From Zygnema circumcarinatum SAG 698-1b (taxonomy: Eukaryota; Plantae; Zygnematophyceae), in the NCBI GenBank assembly GCA_037447605.1, contig CM074808.1, positions 744,001-808,000 of the forward strand: DNA of 64,000 bases. The letters run 5' to 3'. The notes under the pieces were generated by a model. The model saw only the letters and a program-made list of their open reading frames with translations, was not told the origin of the DNA and did no database searches. Position 1 is the first letter of the stretch, and each line of letters begins with the position of its first letter. A program made the position numbers and the translations under genes. Of the stretch, positions 47,551 through 64,000 are shown one piece after another.

Positions 47551-50500
47551 TTACATGGATGGCCCATCAGATGGCAGGTCTGATTGCAGGCTGCAAGAGG
47601 AGGGAGGGAAACGTGATCTTGAAATGCAGTCTCAGTGAGACTTCAAACCCTGTACCTACATGCCCAGCTGATTTGGCATAAGCTTAAATAATCGCATCGC
47701 GTGTTGGCACTCAGAACTTCATCGACATGAACTCTCACACGTACCTTTCCCGAATTGCGCGGAAGGCCTCTTTTGTGGAGTATGGCAATCCTGTTCGTGG
47801 ATCACGATATCTGTAGTTCCCATTGTCCCTCCGAAACCGAAATTTCAAAGCATCAGCAGCATTTTAGGAAGACTGGGCCACGCCAAATGCCGTATAACAG
47901 CTTTTGTAAGGCCAAAAAGGGAAAGGCAAGCATTAGGACAAGGTTAGGGCGATACTTTGACAGTTCCATTCCCATATTGCCATGTTTTGGACATATATTC
48001 TTATATGGAATCAAGGGCTATAGAAACATCACGCTGTTTTTAACCAATTGTAGTGGGACCAGTTTCGAAGCAGATGTTCAAAACATTGGAAAGACGTCCA
48101 AGTTCCCAGCAAAACCAACATTCCCCTTTCTGTCCAACTTATATTGATGCAGTGTGTGCATAATAGATTTGACTGTCAGCCTTCGGCTACTTCCACAAGC
48201 CCATTTTTACATATCCCTTTGTTGACAGAGCTAGAGATGCAGAGGATCTACAAATCTCTGAAAAAGAAAGTGAAACCTGCTGCAGCCACCCAAAGAGGAT
48301 TGCCAAAATGTGAATTAAAAACTCACTTTGCAGGCTGGCCGGTAATGACGCAGAAAGACCGCTCAGGATCTGCATGCCCCGATTACAAGCACCACCAAAT
48401 GTATACTGGTTTCAAGCAGTTGTTTGGCCTAGCCATTTCCTTCAAAAAAAAAAAAAAAAGGACAGTCCACTATCACACTACGTATTCCGGCTCCTGTTTT
48501 TTTTAATGTGTCAAGTGTTTAAGGAAAGAATCCTACATGGTGGAGCCTTGGAATTTAATATTTCCGGCACTTCATCCACGCAAGTGAACTCCAGAGTGTT
48601 TATTCCTGTGAGCAAAGCAAAAAGGACAACCTTAGCTACTAAAGTAAACACTTTCACAAAAACCAAAGATGCACAGAAGCATTGTAATTGTTCTACCTCA
48701 CGGGGTCCTTAGTCAAGTCAGGGTAAGCCAAAGCGTCAGAATCTGACCATTTTTGGAGTGAAAGCGAATCTGCGGCCCCTTATAGGTTTCCTTTTCAATG
48801 ATCGCTCTGCGCTTCACCTCCTCCTCCTTTGCTAGCATGATCTCCAGGGACTGCCGGTTGAGTACTTCTGAAAAAATCCCCCTTTCGTATCCAAAATGAG
48901 CTCAAGATTCGTTATAGACCACTGACCAACTCTCTGAAAACTTACATGTGAATGCAAATAAACATCGGTCTTCATTGAACTTATAGGGCCTGCATGTGAA
49001 ACTTAGTAACAAATGAGCTCTGCTCACCTGTCTGAGCAGCCTCCAAGAGCATCTCCTCCTGCGTCCACCTCCGTTCTTCATCGCCAGCCCGCTTCTTCTT
49101 CACAACCTGATAGGAAAAAAAACGCTCAGGATTCACTTATTCTATGGCCCTCAACGACACAACCTGCAACTGAAGGTCAACCTTCCAACAGAAGTGCTTA
49201 GCAAACAGCCATTCCAAAAGTCCCAACCCCTCCCTCTCTCCCCTTCCCACTCCTCTCGCCCCTTCCCACTCCTCTCTCCCCTGCCCACTCCTCTCTCCCC
49301 TGCCCACTCCTCTCTCCCCTTCCCACTCCTCTCTCCCCTGCCCACTCCTCTCTCCCCTTCCCACTCCTCTCTCCCCTGCCCACTCCTCTCTCCCCTTCCC
49401 ACTCCTCTCTCCCCTTCCCACTCCCTCTCTCCTCACAAAAGCCCGACCTTGGGTGTCTGCGCTGCCTTAACAGCCTCCCGCTCAATGGCTTTGACTACCA
49501 CAGCCGTTCGAGTTGACTTTCTCCTCTCCTGGGGAGTGCCCGTATCCCCCTCCCAAGCCCCTCCAAGCTGCTCCAACTCTGAGGGTCTTCGCGGTCGCTT
49601 TTCGGATTTTGGAGGACTTGGAGTTCGCCCTCCGGCAGCTGCAGCGGCTAAGTCCTCCAAAGCAGATGCATTACGGGTCACATCTGTCAGCTTGATCTTT
49701 AATCTTTTCACTTTTTTTTTACTGCCCGGTGGAAGCTTTCTCTTCGCCGTAGGCCTGCAGAAGAACCCCGAACGAAAGACTTTAAAACTTTCAAAGACGC
49801 ACACCAGCACATCAAAAAGGAAAATCAATGGTAGCAAAGAAAGGATTCGTTTAGTTCGTAATCTGTACCTCCTCTCCTTCTCTTCATCTTCCTCTCCATT
49901 TGACTCCGGCTCCTGCAACCCACTGAAGCTGTGAGTCTCTTTAACCATAAAAAAAACAGCGACTCGCTGCTGACCATCAATCGAACATAGCTGCTCTCTC
50001 TGCAGATGTATGGCAGTCTGATCCAACAATTTATCCGTCAAAAACAGTGCACTGTAAAAGGAGCAGAAAATCGGCTCGAACCATACATTGCTGGCCCTAC
50101 CTCTTTCCCTGATTCAATAGCTCTAACAGGAGGCAGAACTTCTCACCTCCTCATCGAAGTCGCTGTCAAAGACATCCTCCAACTCCTTCTCTTCTTTATA
50201 TTCCTGGTCTTCTTCTGCCTGTGGATCCCTCCACACCAATCATGGGGCGAATGAATGGGCAGCTGCCAATAGTGTGCTGCCGCACGCTGATGGCTTTTCT
50301 GCACAAGAGAGGGATAAGGGGAGACTAAGTGTATGCACGCTATGCCTAAAGCATGGAGGCTCAGAACTCTGAGTAGAGAATGAAGTAAAGCCTGACGTAT
50401 ACCCGTGTTGAATGTAATCTAACGGCCCTTCCGAATCGAGTTTCACTCTTCATACGTAGCTTCAAGCTTCTCGTAGTGGAGGACTTTCCAATTCTTCCAC

Positions 50501-51468
50501 TGAAATGTAGTTCTTATGCTCAGCACTAAAGAATTTTATTTTCTGCGAATAACTGAAATCCAAACTAAGCTGCTTAAAAAGCACACAAATGGCTGCCTTC
50601 ATTCTGGTCGCTCAGATCCCCAATATTCATACCTCTTGAAAGGCATCCTGATTCCAGAACTGTTCATCCGCTTCAAGTTCATCATCGAGAAGTTGTGTCA
50701 TGCTGCCAGGCACAAGCACACAGCATTATACAGACGATAAATAAGCACAGTTGCATCACACAAACAGCCTTCAACTGTGCCATTGCAAGGATACTGTCCG
50801 CATACATCATATGTACGTCCTTATGAGGGCTATACTAAAATTCAGACAGAACAGAAACACTCCTTACAAAGTCAGAGAAAAAACCTGTTCAAACAGTATT
50901 TTGCTGTCTTGCTTATTATAATGTCGAGACAGTGCATTGCTTAAGACATCGACAGGAATGACGCAAGTGTTATTCACTAGCTCCTGATATCAAACTAGAA
51001 GTTCTCAAACCATTCGTACCAGGTTCTAAATTGTCACTCCCTGTAACTTGGCAATCCATGAATATCTTTCACCTCTGTTCATGAATCTTATGCTGTGTGA
51101 TGCTGCCTTTTGCGTGCCTCGTTTCTAAGGTCCATGATGAAAACTTCTTGATAGCTTTTCAGGTCTCAGAATCCATTTTTGCTGTCCTATACACGGAATA
51201 CTTAGTTGTGGTTAGAAAGCCCCTTCGTTCAATTATAATACACGGCTTGTATAACGAATTACACTTCCAGCAGTCCTACTCGTCCAACCAGAATTGATCT
51301 TCGATTCAATAGAGCATCCTGCCCTTGGAAAAAAAAAGGTGGGGGATTCAAGCTATTTGCTTTGACCGATATTAACTGGTTTAATGCACAAGAAAGCACA
51401 GACAGAAGACAGTGTTTTACTGACCGCTTTCCCCGAGTTTCACGAGCTGGTCGAGATAGCCCCGCCAT
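47551..51468 (-). CDS. SWC2: SWR1 complex subunit 2 (YL1/VPS72 family H2A.Z chaperone), about 11 exons
   Basis: [76 protein letters not shown]...[38 protein letters not shown] (YL1_C). The last exon is tentative. Confidence 0.93.
49233..49433. repeat. 19-bp minisatellite, about 10 copies, in an SWC2 intron
   Basis: Unit CCCACTCCTCTCTCCCCT(T/G); CCAC recurs every 19 bp from 49247 to 49418. Confidence 0.92.
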
Positions 51469-51921
51469 GTTGCCTGTAGACCTCTCTCCTCTAGGACTGT
51501 CTACCAGAGCACTAGCAGCGATGATTAACGAGAAATATAGAAATTGTTCGGAGTTAACTTTAGCCCTTCAAATGTAGGAAGCTGAAGGAAACTCTCCGCT
51601 CTTGTACCGGAGAATGACGCAAGAAGTAAGCAGAAATTATCCACCAATATAATAAGCGGTGAGGAGGCACGCTCTCTCTCGGAGAGCACAGCGACAACAT
51701 CCAACCGTTCAGCTTCTCTCACATCCGTTGGGGCGTTTCTTCTCTTCAGGAGAGAGACCACAAATTTCTGAAACTGCCATGGCGGAACGCGAAGCAGGAA
51801 AGTCAGGTCGACTTCCTTAATGTGAGGCTGATGACGGGCGACTACAGTTAAGAGTCTTTTCAGTTGTTTGCAATTTTTACGTTTAATCTGCTGAAGACTA
51901 TTGGGGAGGCCCTGCAACGCA

Positions 51922-54896
51922 ATGATGCAGAGGCCAGAGACGCCAACGCAAGTTCATGAAGGTGATGCCTCCTGCTCTTTTTCTCCTTGAATGAATGCGT
52001 TTGGCGCCTCCTCACAGATGATTGAGTGCATTCTGGAGTAATCTTTTCAAATTACTGGCCTTTTTCATATTATATGGAAAGCTAACTGTTCTCTCGTTAA
52101 CCTTAGGCTAAAGAGACTACTATGCAATGGATGAAGCCCTGAATTTCCTTGCACATGCATAGATGATGTGAACACGCCAGGTTGTGACTGTTTGAGTCAT
52201 CTTCTTATCTTTATGTGAGGTAGAATTCGAATTGGGTGGGAGCAGTGCATGACCGCTTGTTGGACATAACAAAGATGGTGGCTAATGAGCCTCTGGTGGG
52301 ACTCTTCTACGTACAACAGCATATACAGCGGGCCGTTCCAAACGTTGTTGCTCTGAAGGTTAGCCTTCTTCTTATCATAACTTTCAGGCGCGATAACCTG
52401 CATCGTGATCGTGATGTGGTTTCTTTGGCCCAGCATGCGCTTGTGCGGAAAGGGAATGCATACAGCAAGAGCAAACGTTTTTTATTGTGAGGTGTACAGC
52501 TCTGCAAGGAAGCTTTTGTATACTGCACTTTGCCAACCTGTACCATCTACTGACAGCTATAGTATCGTTCAATCATGGACCACAATAAACGTTTGTTTAT
52601 GGAAGTTTTTTGACCAGATACGGTTGTAAAGTGACTATTGTTTAAGGCCTTCATTCTATCCACCTCGACTCTCCTCACCGGGGCCCCATTGTTATTGAGG
52701 TTCTAGATTTGAATGTGTGGAACCATTGTTTCTTTTCGCAACTTCCATCGGTGGAGAATGATGTCAGCATAGAGGCTGATCGGTTCTCATGCGTCTGCAC
52801 TTTCGGTACTGTCAGAGTTAAGGATGCTTATGCTTACATAAAGCATATGACTATTATTCCAACGATGCAATTGTCGGTTTGCCCATTCAAATGGCTGCAG
52901 GATCAGATGAAGGCAGGCTCAGCATCCGCAGCGTATGCATTGGAAGACGTCCATTCAGCCACGGCTGCTGTGAAGATAATCAAAGAGGCTGGACTACCTG
53001 CCATTGAAAGAATGCAAAAAAGTCTTGACGTTTCTACAGCAGCTTTGGCTTCTCTGCAACGCCCATCCACGTCAGTCATCCCATATATGCCGTGCATGTC
53101 ATTAAGATTGCCACTTGCAGAGATTTTGTACTCATGGGCAACCATCTCTTCTTTAATTGAAGCCTCAAAGGAAATAAGTCAAAAGAGAAGACAGATTGTA
53201 GTGGTAAAAAGTGGAATTTGGGAGAGCGAATTTGAGCCATCATATGGTTCCCCATTAGCCGGCCGCGCATCAAGTGGACTAAAGGTTCAGCTATCAGTTA
53301 GTCTGATGCTTTGTGCTTGTGGCTGCCGATGCCTGTTCAGCTGAGTTTTGGGAGGGGAAGGGACATTTCAGGAGTTATGTCTCAAGCTTGACTCGGACTG
53401 TCCCGCGTGCAACTTCATTTTCTGCAAATAATCAGAAAGGGAGCACTCACAAAACTCTTCCGGAGGTACAGTCACAAGCACCCGCAAAGGTGGAGAGTGG
53501 GCCTACTCCTGAACAACCTCCACCTCCTTCGGATACTTTGGCTGGAAACAAAGAGCTTCCGGAGATAGAAAATCCCACTTCACCAGAAAACGCACAACCT
53601 ACTTCTAATCTGCCTGTAGCTCTTGAAAAAAACCCCTCTTCCCCTGGGGTCCTTGTCCGCTCTGTGATCGATTCTGCCCTAACTCGGGCAGGGCAGATGC
53701 GGCGGTCCATTAGGGTTGCAGAGGGCGGCTCAGAGAGTCAGAGATGTGGAGATGAGGAAGGTGCTGTGGATGATGGGGATGGCAAAAGTGGGGAGAAGAT
53801 AGAGCCAAGTTCTTCATATGTGAGGACTATGCTTGATGCCGCTGTGCAGAGAGTTAGCAGCGGTACAAGGGGCAGCAGAGAGCAGGCGAAGCTGAGAGAG
53901 GCCAACTCATTGCCAGCAGAAAGAGTGGATGAGGTGCCTGTAAGCTTTATGGCTGAGAGCTCGTCTACTAAACAATCATCCATGGAAGACAGGAGGAGTC
54001 CCACAAGGCTCCTCAGTTCCATTTTCAACGAAAATGTATGGAGGACAATGCCTAGACGGAGTCAGTCAGACAGTGCTGCTATTAAGAAACTGGCAGACGA
54101 TCAGTTAGAGCCGGCAGAGGAGGAGGTTGAAGGGCAGGAAAGGGAAGCTGTTGAACAGGTGACAGTAAGTTCAGAGGCTGGTGATGAGATACTGAACCAA
54201 GCATCAAGAGTGGAGGGGTGTAAAAGTGACGAGCAGGTTCAGAGAGAGGGGCAGAAGCAGCTGAAGCAGCCGAGTCGGTTGCCTTCCTGGAACAGAGGAG
54301 CTTTTAACAATGTTAGGGCAGCGTTGGACTCTGCAGTGCAGACTGCAGGCAACATGGTGCAGACAGCTGGAGGAACTGTGCGCTTAACAGCTGGCAGTGT
54401 GGTATTGGATAACAGTCGGCTTCTTTGGAGAAGCTCTGAGCCGAGTGGAGGTCCAAAATTACCCGACAAGAATAAAGGTTTAGTTGAGACCAGTTCAGCG
54501 CAAGGAACGTCAGTAATCGAGAGTCCTTCTGCCACTCTGATAAAGACAGATGGAGCAAGTAACGATGAAGGCATTAGTGGAGAGAGTATGAAACTACAGA
54601 CAGCTCAAGATGCAACCACGATTGATGGTATTGAGAACGTGTCTTCTGAAAGGGGTAGAGTAGAGAATGGAGTGACATCTGAATGCGGTGGAGAGCATGG
54701 CTGTGGTACAGTTGGTGGTGAGCAGATTGCTGAAGAAGAGGAGGCGAAGAAGAAGGCACAAGCTGAAGCGGCTGCAGCAGCTTCAGAGTTTGAGCTACTA
54801 CAGAAGCAGCAGGCTGAGAGGTTTCAGTCATGGATCGATGATGCTGATTCCAGTTTGGGGTCGTCCTGGTCGTTGGAAAAGGGAAGAGAGTCGTAA
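51922..54896 (+). CDS. BORCS8/MEF2BNB-like protein with long disordered C-terminal region
   Basis: LLDITKMVANEPLVGLFYVQQHIQRAVPNVVALK matches the ANEPSVGLY..Q.H signature of the family; then YALEDV..A...VK.IKE.G and an acidic low-complexity exon of about 520 codons. The first exon is tentative. Confidence 0.78.
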
Positions 54897-56084
54897 TCAA
54901 GAGACTTTCTCCGTGCTCACTTGAATAGGGACCCTTTTTTTTTTTTTTTTTGCAGCTGCAATGTTGCAGTCTTCTTGACTTAGTTCACAGAACGTCTTAG
55001 TATATAATGCAGCGCATGCGAGCAAGCATTGCTTGATGGTTTGCAAATGGTCTGGTCCATAGTATTGAATAAGCATTGATATTCGTCTGCAGTGAGTAGT
55101 TTTGGTAGCTTGATGCACATTTCTTTCGCAGAGTGGAAGAGGGTAGTGCAATACACTTGATGCTCTCTCGAGCTATTGCGAACTTCCAACAGCTTCTCGT
55201 CTTGGCAGCACATTCGCTGCGACAGCCTTGAAGATAGGCCTAGCCTAGGAAGAATGAGGTGCTCCTCAAACTCATTTTCAGGAAAGTGAAAAATGAAAGG
55301 CCAATCCGCTTTTAGTTATGAAGTATATCCACCATCACCTCAACACCATTTCCTGATACAAACCTAGCCGCACGAACAACTTCAAGTTCAAGAAGTCCAT
55401 ATCTGTGATTAACACATATTGCATTCGGAAGATTCACCATAGCTCTTATGGTTGCATCATCAGATCATTTGTTAATCTATTGGTCGTTTGTTCCTTTGTT
55501 GAATAGTACTTGTCAGTTGGCCATTTTGGTGAATCTGCTAATAATTGGTGAGAAGCCGCGCTTTTCTCAATACTTTTGATGGCCCTACACTTGTGAGATA
55601 CATAGAGTTCATACTTCCATAGGACATCACCATACCACCGTCGAATGCGTCCTCCAAAACTTCGCATTTTACTGCACATCGGCCCTTCCTCTCTCCAGAA
55701 AACTTGCGACTGACAATCTACCCTATTCCTCTCACTAGTTCCGCCCCACAATATCGCCTCGCCTCAACAAGACCGAGGGCGCAGCAACCAAAAATATGAA
55801 GCTCAATTTGCCTGACCGGGCCAAGCAAGCCCCTTCTCCAATAACTCCTTCACCTCTACTCTACGCCCTGTTCCGCAGCTACTACCGCATTGAATAACAC
55901 CTGCATAATGTCAGCCAAAAAGTGTGGAGAGAGACCTCTCAAGAGACTCTCACTGGGGCGGCCCTAAGAGCTTTCCCCCTTCTTCAGATGCAAAAAAAAC
56001 AATGGAGTTCAGAACAGCTACGCCTGCACTTAATGGCTTTCATGCTTCTGCTTTCATGCTACTGCCTATTAGTTAGTGCATTTG

Positions 56085-61082
<4,998 letters not shown>

Positions 61083-61257
61083 GGCTGCTGATTGATACTC
61101 TGCGGCCTCCTCCTCTCCTCCCTTGAATCCCCCGTACAACCCTTTCTATTTTTGTCTTCAGGAAGCTCGTTCTATGACAATAATGGCGTGTTTTTATTTC
61201 CCTGCACAAGCAAGAAGTAGGGCTGCAGGCCGAGGCATTCCGGCGGAGCGCAGGAAT

Positions 61258-61330
61258 TGAAGCTTCCAGACGCTTCCAGAGGCCCCAAGGGAGTGTGCCA
61301 GCGTGGCAGCCAGCGCGTGGTGGGCCCCAC
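61258..61330. promoter_or_regulatory. Heat-shock element (five alternating nGAAn units) plus site II/TCP motif upstream of CPN60
   Basis: tGAAg cTTCc aGAcg cTTCc aGAgg at 61258-61282, about 180 bp 5' of ATG 61082; GTGGGCCCCAC at 61320-61330. Confidence 0.7.
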
Positions 61331-62013
61331 GCACCGACACGGCACCGACATTGCCGACACGTGACCTTGCTTGGGTCGCGCGGCGGCGTATGATTGTGAG
61401 GGATGCTCACATCTCTGTTTTTTTGAGTTTCCTAAAGAAGGAAAGAACACCGTTCAAGGGAATCCCCTCAGTCACCCGTTGGCTCCCTTACAAATTCTTG
61501 AATTTTTTGATCCGTTCCAGTCTTTCCAAGTTATTGATGTTGTCTTGTTGTTGTTGTGGTTGTTGATGTGGGTAGCCTTCTGCGTTTTGTTGACAGTGCT
61601 ACCAGCAAATCCATTACAAGTTCATTTCGTTTACATCAATGCATTTGACTGTAAAAACATGTCGACGGTAAGGTTTCCGGAAAAAAAGAACCATGCACAC
61701 AACTGACCCCGCCTCAAAAGTCAGCGAACATCATTTAGAATCAAAGCAGCAACGAGAGCTTTCCTTCAATGGAAAGCTGAGGCGGCCAAAATTTCGATCC
61801 ACCCTGTTGACAACACGAACGCAGCTATTAGAATTAGACTAAAACGTGAACCTCTGCACTACCACCATTTTAAAACTGTGTGAAGACATGATGACCCGGG
61901 AGCCACCACTATCTCTGTCATGTTTTGAATCATTGTTCCTTTGTTAGCTGTCAACTGTGAAGGAGGGAGGAGTTCGCCTACATCGCTACAAACAAGGAGT
62001 ACAAGACTCCAAG

Positions 62014-62042
62014 TTCAGTTCAGTTCAGTTCAGTTCAGTTCA
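62014..62042. repeat. (AGTTC)n pentanucleotide microsatellite
   Basis: AGTTCAGTTCAGTTCAGTTCAGTTCAGTTC seen directly. Confidence 0.85.
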
Positions 62043-62538
62043 ACTACAGAGAGTTTAAGTGTGCTCTAGCGCCTAAAAGAGTCGGCTTCATTCACAGCAG
62101 CCAGTGTCGACCATGCTCCACGCGATAAGTCGATCTCCAAATAAACTTTCGTCAGTCTGCGTAGTCCGAATGTCTCGCTCTATTCTGTCACCCCTCTGCC
62201 ACGATGACATTGCAGGGCACTCTCAGTCCCTCCCTTCAGATTGACGCCTGACTGGCCTCCTCAAAAAACCTCAACTACCGCTCTACTACTAAAATTGATA
62301 CAAGCTCCCAACACCGCTATGCTGGGAGCAAGGAACCCTAAAAGGTACGCTCAAACTTTAGGATTGAGGAATGGGAAAATGGCACACACCTTATGTCAGT
62401 TGCTACCAGCCCAAGCTGTTGCTGCAACTGAGGATTGACCTGAGCAGCAGGTCAGACCAGCTTCCCAGAGCTCTGGGGAGAGGGGGGCAAGCCGACATTG
62501 TTGCAGAGGGACAGGAGGCTTCTGGTACGTTTTACGAA

Positions 62539-64000
62539 CTATGTCTGCACTACTGGTTTCAGCTGGTCCAGCACAGAAGGGTGAACTCGGGCCATAGCTG
62601 CGGTGAACGGTGCATCTCCATGAATGGCTGCACAGACTTGCAGCTTTTCTCTCAACAATGGGGCGATGATCATGGTGTTCACTGGATCTGCCGTGAACAC
62701 CTGGACCATTCAAGAAGACAAAAGTTCCAGGTTAGTCTCCAGCAGCGCGCTGCACTCTAAAACAATGTAGGAGGAATGGGCATGCACGAGGTTTAACGGG
62801 GAATGAGACAGACACGGATTAGAGCTCCGCTGTTTTCAAGAGGTAGGAATCATAAGGTTTACCTGTCTTCTCCTCATGTACTCACTCTCAGATGTTTCAT
62901 CTGAACCATCTTCATTTGCGTCTGCTGCCCAATAGTCGTATCTGTTCAACATTACAGAACGGAGGTATCAAAATATGAGCAAGATGACGGAACATACAAA
63001 GGCAAAGAGCTGAGCCACGATTTTAAGCATAGAAAAATCCATAAAAGTGCTCACCCTAGAGGTGCCCCAGCCCCGTTGTCTCCTTCAGTTTCCCGGAGCA
63101 CTCCTGCACACACACTGCCACGAAAGACAACCAAACAAAGTTTTATGGTCCTCAGATTGTAAAACAGAAAAAGCAAGCACAATGTATCACGAATAATTTC
63201 TTGACAAGGACAATCATTAAACCTCATCAACGCACAGCACTCCAAGAGGGATTCGGTTGTTTTGTCCCTTTCTTTTCTGCAGCTTTGTGTAGGAAGAAAA
63301 AGGAAAATGAACTCTCTAATACACAACCTATGTTGAAATACATGAATGCTCGAAAGGCCCTAAATTTTAAATTCTCGGGGCAGAAGTCTGAAACCGAGTA
63401 AGCCGGTTGCAAAAGTAGATGGTGAGGTCAAAGTTTCACAGACGCACCTTAGGATCTGCTCGAGCCTGTCCAAAAGCTGTGACTCATGAATTGTAAGAAG
63501 CACACACAGTGCCAACGCTGACAGTTTCCGTTTGGCAACAGAAGAGATTGAATCCAGCTGCAAAAAGACTTCTCAAGGTTCAGAGCACAATATATCACAA
63601 CAAGCATATGCTGGCAAAGGTTCCAGGACGAAAAAGGAGGTTTAACACTGCAGACGTGAGTTGCTTGCACTAACCTTTTCGAGCCAGGCGTCCACAAAAA
63701 GTAACAAAGGGCTTGTTCCACCGGCCGCTGATGATTGCTGCTGAACGAGGGCAGCTGTTGAAGCCAGGGATAAGAGCTGGCCAAAATAAGGCGCATTCTG
63801 TAGCAAGACTCGGGCCAAAACACACGCTGCGGTTGCCTTGACAAGGTCGGAATCACTCGCACTGGCAATCACAATAATAAGGAGCTTCTGCGAAAGAACA
63901 TTACGGGAAAAGTTCAATCGAAGGTCCTGTTTGCCACTTGATAAGTCGTGTCCATTGAACAGGGCTTACCTGGTGGTCATTTTCACTACCCAAAAAATAG
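62539..64000 (-). CDS. IPO11/KA120: 3' exons of importin-11/KA120-like importin-beta (gene starts beyond the window)
   Basis: ACVLARVLLQN, LLLFVDAWLEK|LDSISSVAKRKLSALALCVLL...QLLDRLEQIL, ESEYMRRRQ|VFTADPVN...LREKLQVCAAIHG..F.AAMARVHPSVLDQLK*. Confidence 0.85.

Noticed and set aside
54950-55900. Possible small gene between BORCS8-like and CPN60
   Set aside because: Only short ORFs with no motif or convincing splice chain; probably overlapping 3' UTR or intergenic DNA.

Overview
Eukaryotic nuclear DNA: intron-rich, gene-dense (about 15 spliced genes in 60 kb), with plant-type TTTAGGG motifs and plant-type gene families. The source is most likely a streptophyte alga or bryophyte-grade plant; I cannot name the species. 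Most short ORFs in the supplied track are artefacts of introns and low-complexity DNA, so gene models were rebuilt by hand from GT-AG exon chains. Internal exon borders are approximate unless stated. Bases 1-4320 are a nest of non-autonomous foldback DNA transposons: three full copies with perfect 8-bp target-site duplications, one nested MITE, and older relatives. Their palindromic centre carries paired CCAAT-N9-CCACG (ERSE) and TGACGTGG (UPRE) motifs. Genes in order: dephospho-CoA kinase, tRNA-binding OB-fold protein, root-cap-domain protein, BELL-type TALE homeobox, bacterial-type endonuclease I plus lamin-tail-like domain (with an apparent plastid/thylakoid-lumen presequence), DSE1/GNB1L WD40, ZIFL-like MFS transporter, SUVR-type pre-SET histone methyltransferase cut by a 100-N gap, SDR-type L-threonine 3-dehydrogenase, TTC4/Cns1, PREY/Trm112-like, WDR76-like WD40, SWC2/VPS72, BORCS8-like, mitochondrial CPN60 (with a five-unit heat-shock element) and the 3' end of importin-11/KA120. 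Also present are a probable mitochondrial rps13 relic, two further MITEs, long GA/CT tracts upstream of start codons and intronic telomere-like and G-rich repeats. No rRNA, tRNA or CRISPR array is supported.
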